The translations under genes and the position numbers were made by a program. A stretch of DNA of 64,000 nucleotides, from contig JBGSUI010000234.1 of the NCBI GenBank assembly GCA_041736175.1, positions 33,394 through 97,393 on the forward strand, read 5' to 3'. The notes beneath the pieces were generated by a model. It was not told where the DNA came from. It saw only the letters and a program-made list of their open reading frames with translations, and made no database searches. The DNA comes from Oligoflexales bacterium. Its GTDB lineage: Bacteria; Bdellovibrionota_B; Oligoflexia; Oligoflexales; CAIYRB01. This document shows positions 56,741 through 64,000 of the stretch, in pieces (the stretch's first letter is position 1; each line of letters opens with the position of its first letter).

Positions 56741-57388
56741 TTAGCGGTTAGGATAGGTCGTCAACCGCTCCAAATACTTGCCCACCATATCGACCTCGAT
56801 ATTGACCTGTCGTCCGGGGACTAAATCACCAAGATTGGTCACGGCAAGGGTCGTCGGTATCAAACACAACTCAATCGTAGAGGTCTGATCATCGTCACGG
56901 AGATCGTTGATCGTTAAGCTAACCCCATCGACCGTCATCGAGCCCTTTTTGATGCAATATTTACTGAGAGAGGCTGGGATCGAAAGGCTAAGGTCCCACC
57001 CATCCTTTCTTTGGTTGAGGTGCAGCACCGTGCCCAGACCGTCCACATGACCCGAAACCAAATGCCCCCCTAATCTAGTCTGGATCGTCATGGCTCGCTC
57101 TAGGTTAACCCGCGGCTGGACTCCCAGATCTGCTTGGCCCAATTGGCCCAAAGTGGTCAACCTTAGAGTCTCATGGGATACGTCAAATACCCAATACTCC
57201 GGCGTCATTGCGGCGATGGTCAGACAGCAGCCGTTGACGGCGATGCTGTCGCCGAGTTTGTCCCCCTCAGGGGAAGGCGCGGCTACTTTGAGTTTTGCAA
57301 TAGAGGAGGTGCTTTCAGCCTTTTCGCCCTCTTTCACGGTCGAAAGCGAGATAACGGGGGCAGTGACCTCGACGATACCTGTGAACAT
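56741..57388 (-). CDS. ribE: Riboflavin synthase (alpha subunit)
   Basis: MFTGIVE, GDSIAVNGCCLT, GGHLVSGHVD, VNIEVDMVGKY. Confidence 0.96.
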   Translation of the reverse strand: MFTGIVEVTAPVISLSTVKEGEKAESTSSIAKLKVAAPSPEGDKLGDSIAVNGCCLTIAAMTPEYWVFDVSHETLRLTTLGQLGQADLGVQPRVNLERAMTIQTRLGGHLVSGHVDGLGTVLHLNQRKDGWDLSLSIPASLSKYCIKKGSMTVDGVSLTINDLRDDDQTSTIELCLIPTTLAVTNLGDLVPGRQVNIEVDMVGKYLERLTTYPNR

Positions 57389-57412
57389 TGGCACATCTTT
57401 CCATGGCAAGTC

Positions 57413-57862
57413 TTAGGGTTTTAGCTGATGAATCGCCGCCATAAATTCGTCCATATCGCGGAATTCGCGGTAAACAGAGGCAAACCGAACATAGGCGACT
57501 TTATCAAGGGAGTGGAGTTTAGCCATCACAAGGTCGCCGATCTTTGCGCTGGAGATCTCCCGTTCTCCGTAGTCCTGAAGAGTCCTTTCGATGATGTTGA
57601 CCATGGAGTTAATCTCATCATAGGAGATGGGCCGCTTCTGGCTGGCGATTTGGATGGATTTGATGATTTTATCGCGGTTATAAGCTTCGGCCCGTCCGTC
57701 TTTTTTAACGATAAGAAGATCCAAAATTTCTTCTTTTTCGTAAGTCGTAAAACGGTGGGCGCACTGGGTACAGAGCCTCCTTCGGCGAACGCTTCGACCT
57801 TGGTCTGAGATGCGACTCTCAAGGACCTTGGTGTCTTCGGTTTCACAAAGGGGGCATCTCAT
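57413..57862 (-). CDS. nrdR: Transcriptional repressor NrdR
   Basis: MRCPLC..SR..RRRRLC..C..RFTTYE; ATP cone; DKVAYVRFASVY. Confidence 0.97.
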   Translation of the reverse strand: MRCPLCETEDTKVLESRISDQGRSVRRRRLCTQCAHRFTTYEKEEILDLLIVKKDGRAEAYNRDKIIKSIQIASQKRPISYDEINSMVNIIERTLQDYGEREISSAKIGDLVMAKLHSLDKVAYVRFASVYREFRDMDEFMAAIHQLKP

Positions 57863-57877
57863 CCCATGTCCTTTCGG

Positions 57878-59212
57878 CTAAGTCCAGCCAGGGTAGAGGG
57901 GAAATCTCTGGGCAAGCTCTTCGACAGCTTTAGAAATTGGTTCCATTTGACTCAGTGTCTGGTGTTTGACAAGTTGTCCATAGACGGCACCGATCATTTG
58001 GGCGATTTGAATCATCTCGGGTTTGCCCATTCCTCGCGAAGTCAGGGCGGGTGTCCCGAGACGGACTCCACTGGTGACAAAGGGGCTTCGTTTTTCGCCG
58101 GCTACGGTGTTTTTATTAACGGTGATGCCCACAGAACCTAAAGCTTCTTCTAACTGTTTGCCGCTGATAGGTTCGTCAAGGAGGTTAAGCAAAGTCAGAT
58201 GGTTGTCGGTCCCACCTGTGACCAGTTTAAAGCCCTGGTTTAAAAGCTCGTCAGCCAGGGTGCTGGCGTTTCGGACGGTTTGGAGTTGGTCCCGTTTGAA
58301 GGGTTGGTCCATGGCCTCTTTAAAACAAACTGCTTTTGCTGCGATAATATGTTCGAGAGGTCCCCCTTGGGTTCCTGGAAAGACCCCTTTATTGATATCT
58401 TTTGACAGAGCAGGGTCGTTCCACAGAATCAGGCCACCCCTTGGGCCTCGCAGGGTTTTATGGGTCGTCGAAGTGACCACATGGGCGAAGGGAACGGGAC
58501 TAGGGTGGAGATCTGCAGCCACAAGGCCAGCGATATGGGCCATATCGACCATGAGATAGGCTCCGACCTCATCAGCAATCGACCTAAAACTTTCGAAATC
58601 AATGATCCGAGGGTAAGCACTCGCTCCTGCAATGATCATTTTTGGACGAACCTCAAGGGCGGTCTTGCGGACCTGATCCATGTCGATCAGATGATCGCCC
58701 TCCCGATGTGAGCCCAGGAGTTTGAGGCCATAAAAATGGGATTCGTAAAGGGCCCCCGAAAAGTTAACTTTAGATCCGTGGGTTAAATGACCGCCATGGG
58801 ATAAATCAAGACCCAGGATCCGGTCGCCGGGCTTAAGCAAGGCTAAAAACACGGCTGCATTCGCCTGGGCTCCCGAGTGGGGCTGGACGTTGGCAAACCC
58901 GACTTTAAAGAGCTTTTTGGCCCGTTCGATGGTCAGATCTTCCAGGCCGTCAACATTTTCGCAGCCTCCATAGTAGCGTTTGTAGGGCAAGCCCTCGGCA
59001 TATTTATTGGTGAGAATATTGCCCATACAGGCGACGACTGCAGCCGAGGCAAAGTTTTCGGAAGCGATCATCTCCAGGCCGGTCTTTTGGCGGTGGAGTT
59101 CTTTTTCGATCCAGTTAAAGACCTCCGGGTCTTGACTCTCAAGGATCTGCCATGGTTTTGGAGCCTGTATTTGGTGCGATGGGGACGAAGCAGGGTCAGC
59201 AACCTTACTCAT
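57878..59212 (-). CDS. glyA: Serine hydroxymethyltransferase
   Basis: [31 protein letters not shown]. Confidence 0.98.
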   Translation of the reverse strand: MSKVADPASSPSHQIQAPKPWQILESQDPEVFNWIEKELHRQKTGLEMIASENFASAAVVACMGNILTNKYAEGLPYKRYYGGCENVDGLEDLTIERAKKLFKVGFANVQPHSGAQANAAVFLALLKPGDRILGLDLSHGGHLTHGSKVNFSGALYESHFYGLKLLGSHREGDHLIDMDQVRKTALEVRPKMIIAGASAYPRIIDFESFRSIADEVGAYLMVDMAHIAGLVAADLHPSPVPFAHVVTSTTHKTLRGPRGGLILWNDPALSKDINKGVFPGTQGGPLEHIIAAKAVCFKEAMDQPFKRDQLQTVRNASTLADELLNQGFKLVTGGTDNHLTLLNLLDEPISGKQLEEALGSVGITVNKNTVAGEKRSPFVTSGVRLGTPALTSRGMGKPEMIQIAQMIGAVYGQLVKHQTLSQMEPISKAVEELAQRFPLYPGWT

Positions 59213-59251
59213 GAAGCAATCCTTACAAAAGAAAGAGTCGATCGAAATTTG

Positions 59252-59716
59252 CTATTTTTGGAGCAGACGGCGTTCGATGTTACGAATTTTGTCAAGACGA
59301 CCTTGATGGCGATGCCCCTCAAAGGCGGTATCAAGCCAGATACTCACGAGATCTGTAGCCCTGTGGGAGTTTAAAACCCGGGAGCCCAGACACATGATAT
59401 TGGCGTCGTTATGGGCACGACTCATACGGGCCGAGTATTCGTCGGTGATCAGAGCTGCACGGATACCGGGGAACTTGTTGGCAGCGATACACATTCCAAT
59501 CCCAGTACCGCAGATAAGTACGCCCCGATCGATTTTACCTTGGCCTAGATCTTCGGCCAAGATGGCTGCATAGTCGGGATAGTCCACCGATTTTTCTGAC
59601 TGGGCGTCAACACCGTAGTCGACGACTTCGAAGGCTTTCATCCGAATAAACTCACCGATTAACTGTTTGAGCTCTTTGCCTGCATGGTCGGATGCTACAC
59701 CAATCTTAATCGTCAT
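59252..59716 (-). CDS. rpiB: Ribose-5-phosphate isomerase B
   Basis: SDHAG, VDYPD, ICGTGIG, RAHNDAN, FEGHRH. Confidence 0.96.
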   Translation of the reverse strand: MTIKIGVASDHAGKELKQLIGEFIRMKAFEVVDYGVDAQSEKSVDYPDYAAILAEDLGQGKIDRGVLICGTGIGMCIAANKFPGIRAALITDEYSARMSRAHNDANIMCLGSRVLNSHRATDLVSIWLDTAFEGHRHQGRLDKIRNIERRLLQK

Positions 59717-59775
59717 CGTGGGGGCCTTCCTGTCAGAGCTTTTCGTCAAAACATGGGTGATGGACACGCTGCTGA

Positions 59776-60018
59776 TTAATGCTCTTCTGCTTTTTTGATA
59801 TAGGAGATTGCATCATCAACGGTTCGGATATTTTCCGCTTCTTCATCGGGAATATCTACTCCAAAGGCTTCTTCCATCGCCATGACGAGTTCGACGATGT
59901 CTAAAGAATCCGCGCCAAGATCTTCGATAAACTTGGCTTTACCGATGACAGAACTTTCTTCGACACCAAGTTGGTTGACCACAATTTGCTTAACTTTTTC
60001 CTCAACGGAAAGTGTCAT
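59776..60018 (-). CDS. acpP: Acyl carrier protein
   Basis: [20 protein letters not shown]. Confidence 0.98.
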   Translation of the reverse strand: MTLSVEEKVKQIVVNQLGVEESSVIGKAKFIEDLGADSLDIVELVMAMEEAFGVDIPDEEAENIRTVDDAISYIKKAEEH

Positions 60019-60180
60019 GCCTTTTCTCCTTTATCCCAAAGTATTCTGAGTTTAATATCATTGCTTTACGCAGCGCTCCTAAATAACCAGAAACCTTAGT
60101 AACTTGCAACGAAAAAGCACTACTTTGGGGTCGGTCTCGAGATCTATAGTCGTGATATCTGTGAGTTAGCAGACACTTTG

Positions 60181-60534
60181 TCACACCGTCGACTTGAAAG
60201 CGGCCTTTCCTAAGGCCTTGTCAGGGGCCTTCATGGATTTGCTCACGATCAATGCTCCGAGGCCAAGCCCCACCACGATAAAACCACCGACGCAAAGTAG
60301 GCCAACACCCTGAGAATACTGCTCACTTATGGCCTCTCCGACGATAAGACCAAGGCCGAGGATGACGGAGAAGGCTGCTGCAGTGATCATCCCCGTCCCA
60401 ACGTAATAACCAACGATGCCCTTCACGGCAGTCCCTTTAGCTTGAGCGGTCGCTAGATCGATTTTATTCCGAATTCCAAGAGCTTGTGTCTGGAAAAGAG
60501 CTTGGATGGATTGACCGAGATCTACGACCGCCAC
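60181..60534 (-). CDS. Small two-TM membrane protein (YqjE/phage-holin-family-like)
   Basis: Two TM helices; coupled downstream of a DUF883-like gene, as in yqjD-yqjE. Confidence 0.55.
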   Translation of the reverse strand: MAVVDLGQSIQALFQTQALGIRNKIDLATAQAKGTAVKGIVGYYVGTGMITAAAFSVILGLGLIVGEAISEQYSQGVGLLCVGGFIVVGLGLGALIVSKSMKAPDKALGKAAFKSTV

Positions 60535-60896
60535 GCCTTTCCCAAAAGAAGTCCTATTCCCGCGGCTCCTAAAATATAAAGATAGGGGTTGGCTCGTACA
60601 TTTTTATCAATTTGCTCGACCAGCTCGGTGCTTTGGCTGGAGAGTTGGCCTAGGTTTTTTTTGAGAAATTCAAGTTGGCCAGAAAGCTCCTGAAGAGTTG
60701 CATCAGCGGTGGCAGTGCCCGTGGTTTTAGAAACCGTTTTTATTTTGGTAAGCAGTTGCTGTAAGTCAGACTGGAGTTTTTGTGCTTCAGTCTCTACATG
60801 ACCCAGGTTATCTACCTTTTCCTGAGGGGAGTGAAGTTTTTTGGAGACAGACTCTCCTCCGGCTAGGTGGTCTTTAGCATTAATGGTCTCAGTCAT
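60522..60896 (-). CDS. DUF883/ElaB/YqjD-like protein
   Basis: Coiled coil plus C-terminal VRANPYLYILGAAGIGLLLGK anchor. Confidence 0.75.
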   Translation of the reverse strand: MTETINAKDHLAGGESVSKKLHSPQEKVDNLGHVETEAQKLQSDLQQLLTKIKTVSKTTGTATADATLQELSGQLEFLKKNLGQLSSQSTELVEQIDKNVRANPYLYILGAAGIGLLLGKAWRS

Positions 60897-60992
60897 CTGG
60901 TGGCTCCCAAAGTAGGTTTGTTCTTTGATTCACTGGTCCGTCAACGACGGATCATCAACAGCCGACCATGATAGGATCGGTCAAAGGAAGAC

Positions 60993-61781
60993 ATGACATT
61001 AGAACAACTTGATGCAGAGGTGATCGTAGCCTCAGACATACATCTTCTCAATTTAGAGTCTCCGCGAGGCCAAATGTTCCTCACACTCCTAGAGAATCTA
61101 TCAAATCCTGTGGAATATCTAGTTTTAAATGGGGATATTTTTGATTTTTGTTTTGGAAAAAGCATATTTTTTCAAAGGAAGTTTGCCAAACTCGGGACTG
61201 CCTTAAGCCGCCTCGTCGCCAACGGGGTCGAAGTGGTCTTTGTAGAAGGCAATCACGAATTTTCTATGGCCCAAGTGGGCTGGGAAGGCGTCCAGTTTGT
61301 GGAGGGGGTAACTAAAATAATCCAAACAAAATCTGGATTGAAGCTTGCGTTGACCCATGGAGATTTGCTGTTAAATGACCCAAAATACCGACTTTTCAGA
61401 AACTTTCTAAAGTCTAAAAAAACGATCAATCTTGCAGCAAAAATTCCAGGACCATGGCTTGATAGCTATGCTCTTAAGCATGCAAAGGTATCGAGGTCCC
61501 GGGATGTCTACCGCCGTGTGGACCATAAAAAAGTGGTGGATGCAGCTTTTAAGTGGGTTGAGTCGACCGGCGCCCAGATGGGGATATTCGGCCATTTTCA
61601 TATACCCTATGCCGAAGCCATGGTCATGAATGGCGCGGATTACCGGGTTTTTTGTGTTGAAAGTTGGGAGCGGCCTAACCTACTAGTTATTAAACAAGGG
61701 CGTCCCCTAAGGACATATCTCGATCAGTGGATTTCCACTGGCGTATGGACGTTTGTAGAACCAAAAGCCGTCTTAAAATAA
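60993..61781 (+). CDS. lpxH: UDP-2,3-diacylglucosamine diphosphatase
   Basis: SDIHL, NGDIFDF, EGNHEF, HGD, YRLFR, GHFH. Confidence 0.85.
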   Translation: MTLEQLDAEVIVASDIHLLNLESPRGQMFLTLLENLSNPVEYLVLNGDIFDFCFGKSIFFQRKFAKLGTALSRLVANGVEVVFVEGNHEFSMAQVGWEGVQFVEGVTKIIQTKSGLKLALTHGDLLLNDPKYRLFRNFLKSKKTINLAAKIPGPWLDSYALKHAKVSRSRDVYRRVDHKKVVDAAFKWVESTGAQMGIFGHFHIPYAEAMVMNGADYRVFCVESWERPNLLVIKQGRPLRTYLDQWISTGVWTFVEPKAVLK

Positions 61782-61805
61782 TTTGTTTATGGATCCTGAT
61801 CACCT

Positions 61806-62654
61806 ATGGATTTATTTGCTAGCTTCATCGAACAAATCCCCTATGTGGGCCTGGTGGGAATTGTTTTCTACCTAGCGGGCTTTTATCGAAAAGTGCTGTT
61901 TGTATTGATCCTGGTCCTATCACTGCTTATAACCATTAGATTTGCTTTAGATCACTTAGCGGCTAGGTCCATAAACTGGATGGGCTACCTCAAGCAGATG
62001 TTGCTCCTGCCTTTAGGGCTAGGAGCAGTAATAGGTTATGGGCTCCTGACCCAGACCCATCAAGATCGACACCTTTCTAACTTTACTAAGTTTATTAATG
62101 TGGCCGTGTTGACTAATATCTTGGCCATGGTGTTAGTCCCAGCTGACGGAACCATCCGGGGGATGACCAGCCGGTTGACCTGTCTTTTTCTTGTTTGCTG
62201 GTTGCTCCAGGAAATAGCTCAAGTCAAGGGAAAGACCGTAGTCTATGATAAGGGCTTTTTTATATTTAGTGCGGTTCCTTTGGGTTGGGTCTTCTGTCAT
62301 GCAGTCTACAGGTTGGGCCTGATGTCGCTGCCTACCTTTGACCAGTTTCCGCACTTGTTTTTTGAACCCCTGAGTCTTGGGGGGACCTATTTTCTCTACC
62401 GTCTCCACGGAAGGCGCCATTCCGTGAGCCATTATTTCGGATTTTCGGATACTTTGGTGGCACCGGCCTTGGCTGTTTGTTCTAGCTTCTTTTCAACGAC
62501 CCAAGGTGGGTGGGGTCTATCCCAAAGACACCTCGACTGGATCTTTGTCCCTCTTCATTTTATTGTGATTGGTGTAGCAGGTGTTGCCCTATTTAAAGCA
62601 CTAAATTGTGAAAAACATACTTTAAAACGCCCCACAAATTGGTCTAGGGATTAA
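61806..62654 (+). CDS. Hypothetical integral membrane protein
   Basis: Multiple hydrophobic helices; no family recognised. Confidence 0.65.
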   Translation: MDLFASFIEQIPYVGLVGIVFYLAGFYRKVLFVLILVLSLLITIRFALDHLAARSINWMGYLKQMLLLPLGLGAVIGYGLLTQTHQDRHLSNFTKFINVAVLTNILAMVLVPADGTIRGMTSRLTCLFLVCWLLQEIAQVKGKTVVYDKGFFIFSAVPLGWVFCHAVYRLGLMSLPTFDQFPHLFFEPLSLGGTYFLYRLHGRRHSVSHYFGFSDTLVAPALAVCSSFFSTTQGGWGLSQRHLDWIFVPLHFIVIGVAGVALFKALNCEKHTLKRPTNWSRD

Positions 62655-62813
62655 ATCCATTTTCTACTACCCACACGATAGATGAGGCTCAATTCCACGA
62701 GCCGAGTCGAAATCCAGCCAACTCAATAATCTTCCAACCCCATGTAAACACTTCGAGCGACCTTTGTAACATGCTGATTTGATAAGATGTTATCACAATT
62801 TTTAGCTTCTAGC

Positions 62814-62841
62814 TAAAGGGATTGTTTTTATTTGCCGAGAG
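62814..62841 (+). promoter_or_regulatory. Putative sigma28 (FliA) promoter
   Basis: TAAA-N16-GCCGAGAG upstream of the fibre gene. Confidence 0.55.
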
Positions 62842-62927
62842 TGGCTATGTAAATAGAAAAGAGTCACAAACAGACAACGTTAAAAAATAGCATCAAGCAA
62901 TCATTGACAAACAATAAGGAGACCTCG

Positions 62928-63884
62928 GTGAAAACAAAATCATTATCACAATTTCAAAAGATAGGGGCAGGTTTTAGAACCGGGAATAAAACTCTTTCTA
63001 GTATATTGTTTATTTTGGGGCTCCCTCTTGTTTTGATGCTTTCTGCTTTGCAAGCCATGGCTTTAGAAATCACCTATTCAGGAAGACTTAGCGAAGAGAG
63101 CGGCTAGTCGATCGATGTTCCCCAAGACTTTACCGTCCGGTTTTACAACACCCCCCAAAACGGCGACACAGTCGGACCGACTCTTAAACTCGCCAATGTA
63201 GAACTCCGAGACGGAGTGTTTCTGCTCAACCTTAACTTCGACAGCAACCAACTTTCAGCCATATTTGGGGATGGCACAAAATCTGTTTATCTAGAAGTAG
63301 AGGCAGGGGGCAAGGTCTACTCGCGCCAGCGTCTGAACGCCGCACCTCTAGCCCTAAGAGTGCCTGTGGATACCAATTATCTCAACTATACAGACGGAAA
63401 GTTAAAGATCGAGTCGGTGGACTTAAACCAAGTCAACGGACTCAGTGCAGCCCTCGCGGCCAAAGCCGACGCATCTACAGTGGCAAGCACCAATGTGGCC
63501 ACCAAAAACCTCTCTGACCTGTCTGACATTTCAGCCGCCAGAACCAACCTCGGTCTCGGTCCTCTCGCTACGGCCACCACTATCAGCAACGCCGAGATCA
63601 GTGGCTCAGCAGCCATCGCAGACACCAAACTCGCCACCATTGCCACTGCTGGCAAAGTTTCAGGCTCTGCCATCACTTCGGGTACGATTGGTGGGACCAC
63701 GGCCTTTAACAGCTCCGGAGATATCAGCACTTCTGGATCGGTTAGTGCCGGGACTGTTACATCCTCCCTACAAAGCGGAATCCAGCTTAAACCTTTCAAC
63801 ACGTCCGCAGGTAGCACGGGCGAGCTTCGTTTTAGCGAGCTTAGTGCCAATGGCACCAACTATAGCCTATTTCAAATGACTTGA
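62928..63884 (+). pseudogene. Secreted trimeric fibre/adhesin-like gene, interrupted by an in-frame TAG (63105-63107) and truncated near 63863
   Basis: AAGGAG RBS + GTG; signal peptide; ITYSGRL..G*..FTVRFY..GVF..VYLEVE..RQRL.AAPLAL; fibre repeats NLSDLSDISAARTNLGLG and AAIADTKLATI. The two ORF-track fragments share one frame. Confidence 0.75.
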
Positions 63885-64000
63885 TATTATCCCTTGAAAT
63901 TTTTCTTTTATCATGCCATCTTCTAGACCATAATGGACCTTCTTTAACGTGCTGTCAGCAGAAGGTCGTAAAAAGTGCCATTTCAAGGACAAGAATTCAC
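63861..64000 (-). mobile_element. Possible IS630-family element right end with transposase C-terminal remnant
   Basis: Abrupt switch after TA to TAGCCTATTTCAAAT. A minus-strand frame is open from the window edge (EFLSLKWHFLRPS...HLK) and stops inside the putative inverted repeat. Confidence 0.35.

Noticed and set aside
63105..63107. TAG recoding (alternative genetic code or pyrrolysine)
   Set aside because: TAG ends conserved genes at their expected C-termini here (CHAT gene 10805, flhG 19001, fliA 19803) and no pyl genes are visible; a nonsense change or sequencing error is simpler.

Overview
Bacterial chromosomal window, most likely Bdellovibrionota/Oligoflexia-like. This is inferred from the delta-proteobacterial gene order, the sigma54/sigma28 flagellar regulation, many short-signal lipoproteins and a trimeric-fibre-type gene. 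Contents from left to right: (1) a tightly coupled envelope operon with an AsmA/YdbH-like protein (5'-partial), a YdbL/DUF1318 lipoprotein, a 2725-aa exported TolB-propeller/TPR protein carrying one inactive and one intact CHAT (caspase-like) domain, and an orphan lipoprotein; this is the best candidate for an undescribed system. (2) A cluster of degenerate signalling modules (double pseudo-receiver-TPR, His-less Hpt, degenerate PilZ) around flhF-flhG-fliA-cheY. (3) Housekeeping rplU-rpmA-obgE-nadD-rsfS-rlmH-comF. (4) An accessory stretch with a FinO-associated-domain protein, an M1 aminopeptidase, a low-GC DUF262+HEPN (PD-T4-2-like) defence pair, an ABC1-like pseudokinase fragment and a DUF4360 lipoprotein. 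(5) fliK-flgD followed by secreted Kazal-like, metallopeptidase and OB-like proteins. (6) rng, LPS core genes, a two-component system and an SDR. (7) acpP-rpiB-glyA-nrdR-ribE-ribBX-ribH-nusB. (8) lpxH and a fibre/adhesin pseudogene with an in-frame TAG, apparently cut by an IS630-like end. No rRNA, tRNA or CRISPR array was recognised. All family calls are motif recognition by eye, without database searches.
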